Positions 18,801 through 28,699 of a stretch of 35,797 bases of DNA are shown piece after piece; within the stretch, counting starts at the first letter, position 1, and each line of letters opens with the position of its first letter. This stretch comes from Armatimonadota bacterium (GTDB lineage Bacteria; Armatimonadota; Armatimonadia; Armatimonadales; Armatimonadaceae): contig JAYUUO010000163.1 in NCBI GenBank assembly GCA_043754515.1, forward strand, positions 1 through 35,797, read 5' to 3'. The position numbers and the translations under genes are program-made. The notes below the pieces were generated by a model. The model saw only the letters and a program-made list of their open reading frames with translations. It did no database searches and was not told where the DNA came from.

Positions 18801-20057
18801 TTAGTGATAGCGGCGGAACGCGACGACTGCGTTGTGCCCGCCGAATCCGAAGTTGTTCGACAGCGCGACATCCACTTTTTGCTTGCGAGCCACGTTCGGA
18901 ATGCAGTCTACCTCGCAGTGGGGGTCGGGCGTGTCGTAGTTAATGGTCGGTGGTAGCAGTTCATTTTGAATCGCGAGCACCGTAGCGATAGCCTCGATAC
19001 CACCGGCACCACCGAGCAAGTGTCCGGTCATTGACTTGGTCGCGGACACCGGGATATTTTTGAAGTGGTCGCCGAACACCGAGCGGAGCGCGCCGGTCTC
19101 GGATGGGTCTCCTATCGGCGTACTAGTCGCATGAGCATTGACGTACTCCACTTGCTCCGGTTTCAGTCCAGCGTTCCGAAGACATGCCTGGATCGCGCGC
19201 GCGACGCCCTCGCCTTCCGGGGCGGGCGCGGACATGTGGTACGCGTCGCCGCTCATGCCGTAGCCGACAAGTTCCGCGTATATCTGCCTCGCGCCCCGCC
19301 GCTCGGCGGATTCCAGCGTCTCAAGAATGAGGACACCAGCACCCTCGCCGATCACGAATCCCTCGCGCCCGGCGTCGAACGGCCGCGACGCCTTCTCCGG
19401 GCAGTCGTTGAACTTCGACGCCATCGCCTTCATGTTGCCGAAGCCCGCTATGGACACCGGCGTCACCGCCGCCTCGGATCCGCCGACGATCATCACGTCG
19501 GCATCGCCGCGCCGGATAATTTCAAGGCTGTCACCGATAGCGTGCGCACCGGTCGCGCAGGCGGTCGCCACGGCGGAATTGGGGCCTTTCGCCCCGGTTA
19601 AAATGGAAACCATACCGCTCGCCATATTGACAATCATCATAGGGATAAGGAATGGCGAGACACGGTTAGGACCCTTCTCGATTAGGATGCGGATCTGCTC
19701 CTCGAGCGTCGCGAGTCCGCCGATGCCCGAGCCTATCAGCACGCCAACGCGCGTCGCGTTCGCGCTGTTAATCACCAGCCCCGAATCCTCAACCGCCTCT
19801 CGCGCCGCCGCGATAGCGAACTGGGTGAACCGGTCGGCACGCTTGGCATCTTTGCGGTCCATAAAACTACCCGCGTCGAAGTCCTTCACCTCGCCCGCGA
19901 TCCGGATATCGAAGCCCGTGGGGTCGAACAGAGTTATCCCGGCGACGCCTGACCTTCCGGATGCGAGGGCGTCCCAATACGGATCTTTGCCAATGCCCAC
20001 CGGGGTGACCGCGCCTACGCCAGTTACAACGACCCGCCTGTTGCTGTTGCTACTCAT
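18801..20057 (-). CDS. fabF: 3-oxoacyl-ACP synthase II
   Basis: RRVVVTG, TACATG (catalytic Cys), NAHATST, KSMTGHLLG, NNFGFGGHN. Confidence 0.97.
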   Translation of the reverse strand: MSSNSNRRVVVTGVGAVTPVGIGKDPYWDALASGRSGVAGITLFDPTGFDIRIAGEVKDFDAGSFMDRKDAKRADRFTQFAIAAAREAVEDSGLVINSANATRVGVLIGSGIGGLATLEEQIRILIEKGPNRVSPFLIPMMIVNMASGMVSILTGAKGPNSAVATACATGAHAIGDSLEIIRRGDADVMIVGGSEAAVTPVSIAGFGNMKAMASKFNDCPEKASRPFDAGREGFVIGEGAGVLILETLESAERRGARQIYAELVGYGMSGDAYHMSAPAPEGEGVARAIQACLRNAGLKPEQVEYVNAHATSTPIGDPSETGALRSVFGDHFKNIPVSATKSMTGHLLGGAGGIEAIATVLAIQNELLPPTINYDTPDPHCEVDCIPNVARKQKVDVALSNNFGFGGHNAVVAFRRYH

Positions 20058-20158
20058 AGTGTTAGATGTTTGGATGTCAGACCGCGAGGCGTGGGGAGCC
20101 TAAGGGAGGCCGTATTGAGCGTCTCCCCCGACCCCGATCACTCACAGTCCGACAGCTA

Positions 20159-20398
20159 CTATCCCGCCGTCTTACTGTCAATGTACTCCACCGCGTTACC
20201 GACGGTGGCGATCTTCTCCGCATCCTCGTCGGGGATCTCGATGTCGAACTCTTCTTCAAGGCCCATGACCAATTCCACGACATCCAGCGAATCCGCGCCC
20301 AGATCGTCCACGAACGATGCCGTTTCCGTAATCTGGTCTTCGCTCACCTCTAGTTGTTTAACAACTACTTTTTTAACCCGTTCAAACGTTGAAGCCAT
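20159..20398 (-). CDS. acpP: Acyl carrier protein
   Basis: [12 protein letters not shown] phosphopantetheine site; start MASTF, or GTG at 20413. Confidence 0.97.
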   Translation of the reverse strand: MASTFERVKKVVVKQLEVSEDQITETASFVDDLGADSLDVVELVMGLEEEFDIEIPDEDAEKIATVGNAVEYIDSKTAG

Positions 20399-20434
20399 AG
20401 CTTTGCTGTCCACTCCTGTTTAGTATTGAATAAC

Positions 20435-21193
20435 TCAAACCGTCATCCCGCCATCCACGGTCAGTACCTGCCCGGTGATGTAACTCGCCGCATCGGACGC
20501 GAGAAATCGTACCGTTGCCCCGACATCTTCGGGGGTCCCTAGCCGCGCGACAGGGATTTTTTTAAGTATGCCATCGCGGATATCGTCTGAAAACGCGTCG
20601 GTCATTTGCGTCTCGATGAACCCCGGCGCGACTGCGTTTACCGTGATCCCCCGCGAACCGAGTTCGCGGGCAACCGTGCGCGTAAACCCGATGATACCCG
20701 CTTTCGAGGCCGAGTAATTCGCCTGACCCGGATTCCCGATCACGCCCATCACCGAGGTAATACTTATGATACGTCCTGACTTCTGTTTCAGCATGATTTT
20801 AGCGACGGCGCGCGTACAAAGAAACGTCCCCTTCAGGTTCGTGTCCAGCACGGTGTCCCAAGTCGCCTCATCCATACGCAATAGTAGCGTGTCTTTGGCG
20901 ATTCCCGCGTTGTTCACCAGTATATCAACCCTGCCGAGTAGCTCCTGAGATTTTCGTACCATCTCCTCAACGGACGCGGCATCCGTTACGTCGCAGACCA
21001 TCGCGTATCCCTTGCACCCGAGCGCGTTCACCGCCTCCGCGACCGCCTCCGCGTCCGCTATGCTGGACCGCGCGGTGATCACGACATCCGCGCCCGCTTC
21101 GGCGAGCGCGACGGCGATACCCCGTCCGATGCCGCGTCCCCCGCGCCCCGCCCCGGTCACGATCGCCGTTTTCCCGGCGAGATCGAAATTCAT
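20435..21193 (-). CDS. fabG: 3-oxoacyl-ACP reductase
   Basis: TG...GRGIG, NNAGI, YSASK, fab operon context. Confidence 0.95.
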   Translation of the reverse strand: MNFDLAGKTAIVTGAGRGGRGIGRGIAVALAEAGADVVITARSSIADAEAVAEAVNALGCKGYAMVCDVTDAASVEEMVRKSQELLGRVDILVNNAGIAKDTLLLRMDEATWDTVLDTNLKGTFLCTRAVAKIMLKQKSGRIISITSVMGVIGNPGQANYSASKAGIIGFTRTVARELGSRGITVNAVAPGFIETQMTDAFSDDIRDGILKKIPVARLGTPEDVGATVRFLASDAASYITGQVLTVDGGMTV

Positions 21194-22125
21194 ATGCCGA
21201 GTGCCTCCCGCGCTTTCGTCAGCCCCGCCATGTCGCCGACACTATACGTCACTGCGTCCGGCGCGGTCCGCTTAATAAGCCCTGCTAGGACCGTGCCCGG
21301 GCCGCACTCGATGAATGTCGTGAAGCCGTCGGCGGCGAGCCGCTGAATCGTTTCCGTCCAGCGCACCGGCCCGGCGACCTGCGCGGAAAGGTTCACACGG
21401 ATCTCGTCCGGCGTGGTCTCATACTCCGCAGAGATGTTCGCGATAATCGGTAGGGTCGGGGCAAGTATCGTCGCGTCTGCGAAAACGCCGCGCAACTCCA
21501 CCGCCGCCCACTCCATGAGCGGGGAGTGAAACGCCCCGGATACCGCGAGCGGCAACACCCGCTTCGCGCCGCGCGTCTTGAGCAGTTCCGACACCGCAGT
21601 GACCGCCGCCGACTCGCCGGAGACCACCACCTGCCCCGGCGAGTTGAAGTTCGCGGGCACCACGACCCCGACATTATTCACGTCGGCGCAGGCCAGCGCG
21701 ACCGCGTCCGGCTCCAGCCCCAGAACAGCCGCCATCGCGCCGGGGTACTGCGTCGCGGCAATCGCCATCGCCTCGCCCCGCGCGGCGACTAATCGCGCCC
21801 CAGTTTCAAGATCGAACGATCCGGCGGCATATAAGGCGGCATACTCACCGACAGAATGGCCCGCTACCGCGCCTGGCACCAGTCCCGCCTCCCGGCAAGC
21901 CGCCAGCGCGGCGACCGAAACCGCGTACAGGGCGGGTTGCGTATTCTTGGTCTCTTTGAGCCGCTCCTCGGGTCCGACGAAGCAGAGTTCCGATACGCTA
22001 AAACCGGTCGCGACATCCACCCTCTCGAAAGCGTCGCGGGCAACCAGCAAACCATCGTGCAGGTCGCGCCCCATGCCGACCGTCTGTGAACCCTGTCCGG
22101 GAAATACAAAGGCAAGTTTAGGCAT
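21190..22125 (-). CDS. fabD: Malonyl-CoA:ACP transacylase
   Basis: FPGQGSQ, GHSVGEY, SGAFHS; start MPKLAF. Confidence 0.96.
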   Translation of the reverse strand: MPKLAFVFPGQGSQTVGMGRDLHDGLLVARDAFERVDVATGFSVSELCFVGPEERLKETKNTQPALYAVSVAALAACREAGLVPGAVAGHSVGEYAALYAAGSFDLETGARLVAARGEAMAIAATQYPGAMAAVLGLEPDAVALACADVNNVGVVVPANFNSPGQVVVSGESAAVTAVSELLKTRGAKRVLPLAVSGAFHSPLMEWAAVELRGVFADATILAPTLPIIANISAEYETTPDEIRVNLSAQVAGPVRWTETIQRLAADGFTTFIECGPGTVLAGLIKRTAPDAVTYSVGDMAGLTKAREALGI

Positions 22126-23173
22126 CCGATTTTTCCTCTCGCGCAACGGGCGAATCTCGCGGCGAAACGTCGCCCCACCGGATAACGTTCGCGCCCCAGG
22201 TCAAGCCCGCGCCGAACCCGACCGTGACCACGATGTTGCCCGGTTTGACGCGGCCTTCCCGCCACGCTTCGCACAACGCGATCGGCACGGACGCGGCGGA
22301 CGTGTTTCCATAACGATCCAAGTTGACCGCTACTTTCTCCATCGGAAGATTCATCCGCTCGGCGGCGGCGGTGATAATCCGGATGTTGGCCTGATGCGGC
22401 ACGAACAGGTCAACATCGGCGGCGGTCAACCCCACCGCGTCTAGTGCCTGGAGTGCCGCCTCGCCGATGACATGTACCGCGAACCGGTAGACCTCGCGGC
22501 CGTTCTGGTAAATTAAGTTTTGTTTTTGCGCCAGTAGCTCGGCGGTGATTGGTAGGCGGCTCCCGCCCGCCGGTAGCAGGAGATGGGGTACGCCGGCACC
22601 GTCGGTGCCCAGGATGCTCCCCAGAATGCCCGCGTCCGAGTTGACTTCCGCGCGCTCTACGACCACCGCGCCCGCCCCGTCACCGAAAAGCACGCAGGTG
22701 TTCCGGTCTTCCCAGTTCACCACGCGGCTCATGATCTCCGCCCCGATGACCAGCACGGTCCGGTACCGGCCCGTCTCGATGTACTGCGCCGCTACGTCGA
22801 GCGCGTAGGCGAACCCCGCGCAGACCGCAGTGATGTCGAACGCGGCGGCCCGCTTCGCCCCGAGCCGCTCCTGCACCACCGCCGCTGTTGACGGGAATGA
22901 CCCATAGTCGCCGGTGCAGGTCGCGACCAGAATCAGGTCGAGGTTTCCCGCTACCCGCCCCGCGACAGCGAGCGCGTCCCGCGCCGCGTTGACGGCGAGG
23001 TCCGATGTCGCCTCGCCCGGTGCCGCCAGATGCCGCTCCCGGATCCCGGTGCGCGAGACGATCCAGTCGTCCGAGGTGTCAACCATCTTCGCGAGTTCCT
23101 GGTTGGTCATCACCCGTGCTGGGGCGTACATGCCGATGCCGGTGATCGTCGCCGTCTGCAAAATGCCCTTCAC
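22118..23173 (-). CDS. fabH: 3-oxoacyl-ACP synthase III
   Basis: DTSDDWIVSRTGI, AVCAGF, PHQAN, GNTSAAS, GFGAGLTW; GTG start inferred. Confidence 0.95.
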   Translation of the reverse strand: MKGILQTATITGIGMYAPARVMTNQELAKMVDTSDDWIVSRTGIRERHLAAPGEATSDLAVNAARDALAVAGRVAGNLDLILVATCTGDYGSFPSTAAVVQERLGAKRAAAFDITAVCAGFAYALDVAAQYIETGRYRTVLVIGAEIMSRVVNWEDRNTCVLFGDGAGAVVVERAEVNSDAGILGSILGTDGAGVPHLLLPAGGSRLPITAELLAQKQNLIYQNGREVYRFAVHVIGEAALQALDAVGLTAADVDLFVPHQANIRIITAAAERMNLPMEKVAVNLDRYGNTSAASVPIALCEAWREGRVKPGNIVVTVGFGAGLTWGANVIRWGDVSPRDSPVAREEKSDA

Positions 23174-23174
23174 G

Positions 23175-24269
23175 TTAGTTGCCCGCCTCGCGGCTCGCGA
23201 AACCGGCGAACGCTTCCTGCACCCGCTTGATATACGGCGACTGCGCCGCGAGCACCGACTGGCGGATGCCATTCATCACCGCGCGGGCGTCGGAGCGGCC
23301 GTGCGCGATCATCGAGACGCCATTAACACCGAGAAGCGGCGCGCTACCCGCTTCGGCGTAATCAATGCCTTCCGCGATGATCGCGTGCGCGGCTTGTAGC
23401 GCGGCATACGCCGAAGCGTCCGCCGTCTTCATGGCGTCCGTGAGTACTTTCATAGCGACCTCACCCATCCCCTCGACGCTTTTCAGGAGCACGTTGCCGA
23501 CGAACCCGTCGCAGACCAGCACATCCGCCTCGCCCGCGAACGCGCGGTAGCCCTCGACATTTCCCACGAAGTTCAGGCCGTAGTCGCACGCCCTGGCGCG
23601 AAACAGCATATTCGTCTCGCGGGTGAGTTCGTCACCCTTAGTGTCCTCCTCGCCGTTCGAGAGCAGGCCAACACGGGGCGTGGCGTAGCCGAAAACATGT
23701 TCGGCATACAAGGAACCCAGCACCGCGAACTGGAGGAGGTAGGACGGCTTGCAGGCAAGATTCGCGCCCGCGTCAACGAGGACGAATTTGCGCCCGGTCT
23801 GGGTCGGCAGGAAAGCGGCGATCGGGGGACGTTTGACGCCTTCTACCTTCTCCAACACCGCGATAGAAGCGACCAGCATCGCGCCGGTATTCCCCGCCGA
23901 ATACACCGCGTCCGCTAACCCGTGCTTGACAAGAGACATGGCGACCATCAGGGACGAATCCGGCTTTTTAAGGGCTTCGGTAGGGTGGTCGTTCATGGCG
24001 ATGATGCGCGACGCCGGATGAATGACGATACTGGCGGGGATCGGCTCGCCCCCGAGCGCGTCGGCGAGTTCGGCGGCGACACGTCCGGGGTCGCCGACGA
24101 GAATGATAGTGGCGGGCGCACGAATGCCTTGTTCGGCGAGCCTAGCGTACAGCACCGCGCCGCGCACTATCTCCGTCGGCGCGTGATCGCCCCCGAACGC
24201 ATCCACCGCGACACGAACCGGCACGGCAGGGTTTGAGTTGGTGTCGTCGTGCGGAAGACTCAAGCGCAA
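23175..24269 (-). CDS. plsX: Phosphate acyltransferase PlsX
   Basis: AVDAFGGDHAP, SAGNTGA, DAGAN, GEEDTKG, CDGFVGN, HGRS. Confidence 0.96.
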   Translation of the reverse strand: MRLSLPHDDTNSNPAVPVRVAVDAFGGDHAPTEIVRGAVLYARLAEQGIRAPATIILVGDPGRVAAELADALGGEPIPASIVIHPASRIIAMNDHPTEALKKPDSSLMVAMSLVKHGLADAVYSAGNTGAMLVASIAVLEKVEGVKRPPIAAFLPTQTGRKFVLVDAGANLACKPSYLLQFAVLGSLYAEHVFGYATPRVGLLSNGEEDTKGDELTRETNMLFRARACDYGLNFVGNVEGYRAFAGEADVLVCDGFVGNVLLKSVEGMGEVAMKVLTDAMKTADASAYAALQAAHAIIAEGIDYAEAGSAPLLGVNGVSMIAHGRSDARAVMNGIRQSVLAAQSPYIKRVQEAFAGFASREAGN

Positions 24270-24422
24270 ATCTCGCGTTTCCGAAAAATAATTTCCGCAA
24301 TCAGGGTAGGGAGCAAAGGTTTATTTTTCCCGAACAGGGTGGAGCCACTTTAGCATTTTTAGAGCCGGAAAATCAACCCGGCATCACATTCGTGTTTGTG
24401 AACACCGCCTAGCACGGCGCGA

Positions 24423-24445
24423 GTCCGGCACGGGAAATGCCGGAC
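24423..24445. other. GC-rich hairpin just downstream of rpmF (no U tract)
   Basis: GTCCGGCA-7 nt-TGCCGGAC perfect 8-bp stem. Confidence 0.4.
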
Positions 24446-24457
24446 CGCGTCATCGGG

Positions 24458-24658
24458 CTACTCGGCGGCCGCGACAGCCTTCACCTTGGGTGTGTACCAG
24501 ATGCGACCGTTGTAGTACCCGCAGGTCGGGCAGATTTGGTGCGACAGGCGCGGCGAGTTGCACTCTTTGCAGGTAGCAATGCCGGGCGCGGCAAGTTTAT
24601 AGTGAGTGCGGCGTTTCGCCTGCCGCGTACTGGAATGGCGTCGCTTGGGAAGCGGCAT
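24458..24658 (-). CDS. rpmF: 50S ribosomal protein L32 (Zn-binding type)
   Basis: MPLPKRRHS..R..KRR; CKEC...CPTCGYY; AAGGA SD; upstream of plsX. Confidence 0.97.
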   Translation of the reverse strand: MPLPKRRHSSTRQAKRRTHYKLAAPGIATCKECNSPRLSHQICPTCGYYNGRIWYTPKVKAVAAAE

Positions 24659-24867
24659 CGTGTTTAATCCTTCGTTTGATCAGTAAAATAGGTTCGTTCC
24701 GACGCCCCATCCGAATAGAAGCAGGGTGCCAAACAAATCCGCGCCAACGGGTGACCGTTTCGGCGCGGAACGGGAAGTTATACCACGCTTTCCGCGCTTT
24801 GCCAAACGTGCGCGGCGAAAATTATCCCCTCATGGGGTCGCCGGGCCACTCGATAGACGAAATCCGG

Positions 24868-25563
24868 CTAATCATCAGACAGCGCGAGCGCGGCTTGCGC
24901 GACCGGGGCGAACGACCGACGGTGAATCGGGCACGGGCCGTGCGCGGCGAGCGCGGCGAGATGGGTTGCCGCCCCGTAGCCCTTGTGCCCCGCAAACCCG
25001 TACTCCGAATACAGCGCGTCCTGCTCTATCATGTATCGGTCGCGCGTCACTTTGGCGACGATGGACGCGGCGCCAATGGATGCTGACAGCGAATCCCCCC
25101 TCACAATTGCCGTGCAGTACGGGTGCAGGTCGCGCACCGGTAAGCCGTCCACGAGCACCGCTCCGACCGGCACGCACAACCCGGCTACCGCGCGTCGCAT
25201 CGCGGAGTGTGTGGCTTGCAGAATATTGATGTGATCTATCTCGTCCGGGAACGCCCAGCCCACCGCCACCGCGACGCCGGACGCCGCGTGGCCGCGCCCG
25301 GCGTCCGCCATGATCCGCGCGAACGCCGTCTCGCGCTTCTTAGCGCTCAGCGTCTTGCTATCGGCGATCCCGACGGTGTCGTAGCCGTCCGGCAGAATCA
25401 CGGCGGCGGCGACCACGGGACCCGCGAGCGGCCCGCGCCCCGCCTCGTCCACCCCGGCGACGTTGATATGGCCGACGTTCCGCGCCACGTATTCGTAGTG
25501 CCAGAGGCCGAACACTGTAACTTCAAAATCGCCTGCGGCTGACTCCTTCGTTGATCTTCTCAT
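24868..25563 (-). CDS. rnhB: Ribonuclease HII
   Basis: GVDEAGRGPLAGPV, DSK, INILQA, VDG, AASIVAKVTRD, HKGYG, HRRSF. Confidence 0.96.
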   Translation of the reverse strand: MRRSTKESAAGDFEVTVFGLWHYEYVARNVGHINVAGVDEAGRGPLAGPVVAAAVILPDGYDTVGIADSKTLSAKKRETAFARIMADAGRGHAASGVAVAVGWAFPDEIDHINILQATHSAMRRAVAGLCVPVGAVLVDGLPVRDLHPYCTAIVRGDSLSASIGAASIVAKVTRDRYMIEQDALYSEYGFAGHKGYGAATHLAALAAHGPCPIHRRSFAPVAQAALALSDD

Positions 25564-25662
25564 TGTGGGCGGGTGTTTCCTAATTCGCGGCTATCTCGCA
25601 TGGGACGCAGCCTCTCCGACGGAAAATAATATTCCTGGTATGGTTGGTCGCCGCGCCGCATC

Positions 25663-26892
25663 CTATGGTTTTCGCGTTCGTGGCGCGACGAACAGTAGAT
25701 CGGCGGCGTCAGGGACATCGTACGGCGCAGAGACGGGCCGCATCCGCGTTCCCCCGTCATCAGGTGAACGCGGCGACTATGGTAATTTTTCCAGCCACGC
25801 GGGATTTCGCCGTCTCATAGAAAAACCTCCCGCTCGGATCGGAAGCGATGTGTCGCTCCCCGTCACCCGAGAATGCGGAGCGGAACTCACCCACCTGCCT
25901 TACCCTCCCGATGCCAACCCGCCAAATGGTGTACGGGTCGGCACCATTACCGCGATACACGACGAGCGGAAGTGTCGGATGCACCAGAAGCGTCTGCCCT
26001 ACAGCGGAGCCCGAATTGGGATGGAGAGCGAGGCGTGAACCCGGCGAGAGAATCCGCCCTGCTTCATCCACGCGGCATACCCAGAGGCCGTCTGCAAAAC
26101 CTTTCACGAACGCGGTGTTTTTTACAACGCACCAGACGTTGCCCGGATCGGCGGACACACTCATCGCGGTCCCGTCATCACCTGGACTAGTCCAGCGTAC
26201 CCCATCGGGCACCAGCCTACCAGTTCTAAGACTGACACGGTAACGCCGTAGGTAGTTCTCGCGGTGATCCACAAAACCATCACCTGAAAAGTCATACAAG
26301 AATCTGCCCGAAGGCGAGAACTTCAGCCCCCAGTTGTCACGCTCTCCCGGTATATCGGCTAATTCCAATCCCGAGTCAACTTTTATGCGTCTCACGAGAG
26401 CCACCCCCCATCATTCCTTACTCTCAATAGAAACGCGCCGCCGAATGTTAGAGCGTACGCGAACCGACCGCCTGGACACGATTCGAGTTGACCGACTGGC
26501 CCCGGCACGGTCAGCATCTGTATGCGGCGCAATGCCCCACTCCTCGCGATTGCGAACGCAGTTATTGGCGTGGGCTTGGTTATGGCCGCGTTGATACGCT
26601 TCTTGTCGTCGAGTTCCTCCGTATTGTAGCCGTCTGCTGTTCTGTTGAATGAACGGCAAGCGTACAGAAATCGGCGGTCGGCTGACAGGGTCAGCTCGAA
26701 CGGGCGTCGGATTCCCGTATCCATCGTGCCGGTCAGGCATGTCAGCCGCCCCGTGGCCCCATCGACGGTGAACCGCGCGATGGGGCCGTCACTTCTCGGT
26801 GAATAGGCAAACGTCGGAGGGAGCGGCTTTCGTCGCATGGATGAGACGGGCGGTAGCGAGGCGATCAACACTGCCAGGATTGAAGCGATCAT
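25663..26892 (-). pseudogene. Frameshifted secreted lactonase-like beta-propeller gene
   Basis: Signal peptide; blade motifs SADRRFLY, PGGRFAY, SPSGRFLY, HPTLPLVVY, DPSGRFFY split over ORFs 26392-26892 and 25760-26404; probable third piece ending at TAG 25663. Confidence 0.7.
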
Positions 26893-26898
26893 GCGGTT

Positions 26899-26904
26899 AT
26901 TATA
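26899..26904 (-). promoter_or_regulatory. -10 box TATAAT (leaderless)
   Basis: 6 nt upstream of ATG 26892. Confidence 0.6.
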
Positions 26905-26935
26905 CTACACATGTAGTATGCGCACAAGGGTGGGT

Positions 26936-28111
26936 TCATCCCCCGCGACGCGTGACCACGCCCGCCCTGACCTCCCAGATCGTCGCCGCCTCCCGCGCCG
27001 CTTCCGGCAGAGCCTCCGCTTCTGTCACCGTCAGGAAAGTTTGCTGTCCCCCGGTGAGTGACAGGGCGAGTACCTCCTTGCGGCGGCGTTCGTCCAGGTC
27101 AGAGAGTACGTCGTCGAGGAGCACTACCGGCGGCTCGCCAACCATCTCCTCCAGCAATTTACGCTCGGCGAGGCGCAGGGCGAGCGCGACGGTTCTCTGT
27201 TGCCCCTGCGAGCCGTAGAGCCGGACGTCGGTCGCAGACGCCGCGTCGCCGCCCACCAGAAACGATAGGTCGTCACGTTGCGGCCCCAGTAAGGTGGAAC
27301 CGCGCGCGAGTTCGTCTCTGCGCACCACCGACAGCGCGAGGCGGAATGTTTCGGCGATGTCGGCTTCGGTGACCGCGCCGTCCGGGATCGCGAACGACGG
27401 ACAGTATTCTACCGTCAGCGTTTCCGCGCCGTCCGTGATGCTCCGTTGCACCGTGTCCGCGTGATGCGCGAGCTGGGTGATATACGCGCGGCGACGCTCC
27501 ATAAGCCGCGCCCCGTGCCGGATGATCTGCTCCGTCCACGCGTCCAGCGCGTCGGCGGAAACCGCCCCGAACCGAATATCTTTCAGGAGGCGGTTGCGCT
27601 GTTCCAGTCCTTTGCGGAACTGCGCGTAGGCGATCAGGTAGGCCGGCGACACCTGCGCGATTTCGTAGTCTAGAAAGCGACGCCGCTCCGTGGGTTCGCC
27701 GCGCACGATGTCCAGATCAAGTGACGAAAAGAATACCGCGTTTAAGTGCCCGATCAGGTCCGCGATCCGGGTCTGCTTGCCGTGGTTGATCTTGACCAGT
27801 TTGCGCTCCACCCCGCCCCCGCGCTCCGTGGAAGAGGGGGCGTTGATCGCCATTTCGAGGAGCGTATCGCCACTGCCGGTATCTTTGACCACCTCGGCGA
27901 CGATGCGGCAAGCCTCCGCGCCGAAGCGCACCATCTCGTTGTCGCGCCCGGCCCGCACTGACTTCGTGGTCGCGAGGGCGCAGACGGCTTCGAGCAGGTT
28001 CGTCTTTCCCTGCGCGTTGTTGCCAACGAAAACGTTCAGCCCGGCACCCGGCTCGATGCGGAGGTGGTTATAATTGCGGAAGTCGAAAAGTTCGAGGCGA
28101 GAAACGCGCAT
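26936..28111 (-). CDS. recF: DNA replication/repair protein RecF
   Basis: FRNY, GNNAQGKTNLLEA, RRRFLD, GPQRDD, GSQGQQR, LLDDVLSDLD. Confidence 0.97.
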   Translation of the reverse strand: MRVSRLELFDFRNYNHLRIEPGAGLNVFVGNNAQGKTNLLEAVCALATTKSVRAGRDNEMVRFGAEACRIVAEVVKDTGSGDTLLEMAINAPSSTERGGGVERKLVKINHGKQTRIADLIGHLNAVFFSSLDLDIVRGEPTERRRFLDYEIAQVSPAYLIAYAQFRKGLEQRNRLLKDIRFGAVSADALDAWTEQIIRHGARLMERRRAYITQLAHHADTVQRSITDGAETLTVEYCPSFAIPDGAVTEADIAETFRLALSVVRRDELARGSTLLGPQRDDLSFLVGGDAASATDVRLYGSQGQQRTVALALRLAERKLLEEMVGEPPVVLLDDVLSDLDERRRKEVLALSLTGGQQTFLTVTEAEALPEAAREAATIWEVRAGVVTRRGG

Positions 28112-28116
28112 GACGG

Positions 28117-28122
28117 ATTGTA
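28117..28122 (-). promoter_or_regulatory. -10 box TACAAT (leaderless recF)
   Basis: 5 nt upstream of ATG 28111; no SD. Confidence 0.55.
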
Positions 28123-28249
28123 CACGATGGCGCGGCGGCGCGGGAGCGATGCCTCACGTAATCGGTCCGGGCGGGGGTATAACGAGCATGCCGAAAAAAA
28201 GTTCGCGCGGATGAGTGGAATCCTTAACCTATTCTTCGCGAACACGGTA

Positions 28250-28255
28250 TATACT
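28250..28255 (+). promoter_or_regulatory. -10 box TATACT for the RNA/zinc-finger unit
   Basis: TATACT immediately before the long hairpin. Confidence 0.5.
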
Positions 28256-28258
28256 AAT

Positions 28259-28375
28259 GTGGCAGTGACGCCGCGCCGTGCTGGTGACGAGTCGGGAAAG
28301 ACGTGTTTTGCGTTTGATACGGTTTTACGTCGCGTACCGAGGAGGCCAATTACGGCGCACCCTTAGAACTGTCAT
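28259..28375 (+). ncRNA. Candidate structured RNA or 5' leader (irregular rod)
   Basis: Nested pairings 28259-66/28368-75, 28273-80/28351-58, 28282-84/28346-48, 28292-95/28337-40, 28300-04/28327-31. Confidence 0.4.
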
Positions 28376-28442
28376 AGCGACTGGGCGGGAACGGCAGATA
28401 AGCGAGCTGTTTCCGCGACATTACTCATGGAGGTGACTGAAT

Positions 28443-28667
28443 ATGGTGGGTACGAAGACGACCCTGGAACCGGCGGTGAGCGGCTCGCCCGCACGCTATA
28501 TGGTTACTCAACTGATACCGCGTGCCATCCGCTGTCGGCACTGCGGATCACTCGCCCGCGAAGAAGTTCGCGAGCGGCTGAACGACGACGAAACGCGGGT
28601 GCGTTATGAGTGCGGTTCCTGCCGTCACACCCAGACGCGCCATTATTTCGAAGGCGGAATAGGTTAG
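28443..28667 (+). CDS. Small zinc-ribbon protein, Ogr/Delta-like (74 aa)
   Basis: Strong SD GGAGGT; CRHC...CGSC; followed by an intrinsic terminator. Confidence 0.7.
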   Translation: MVGTKTTLEPAVSGSPARYMVTQLIPRAIRCRHCGSLAREEVRERLNDDETRVRYECGSCRHTQTRHYFEGGIG

Positions 28668-28699
28668 AGGTACGGGGTTCCTATCCCGTACTTCGAGAG

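Noticed and set aside
19065..22444. Long plus-strand ORFs (178, 258 and 288 aa) opposite the fab genes
   Set aside because: Antisense shadows typical of GC-rich coding DNA; no recognisable motifs
5033..24382. Two GCCGG-(TCAAC loop)-CCGGC hairpins near 5033 and 24364 as a REP family
   Set aside because: Only 5-bp GC stems with different loops; expected by chance at this GC content
26668..26690. Possible third TCAG...CGATTT insertion (also a partial one near 25526)
   Set aside because: No hairpin; the 26668 site encodes the natural propeller motif SADRRFLY
28281..28306. Hammerhead-like TGACGAGTC-GGGAAA-GAC
   Set aside because: Lacks the C of CUGANGA and the GAAA after stem II
28259..28420. 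SRP RNA, cobalamin, fluoride or T-box identity for the rod RNA
   Set aside because: No SRP CAGG-GRAA-AGCA domain, incomplete B12 box, no fluoride P2/pseudoknot, no T-box sequence; also shorter than typical 6S RNA
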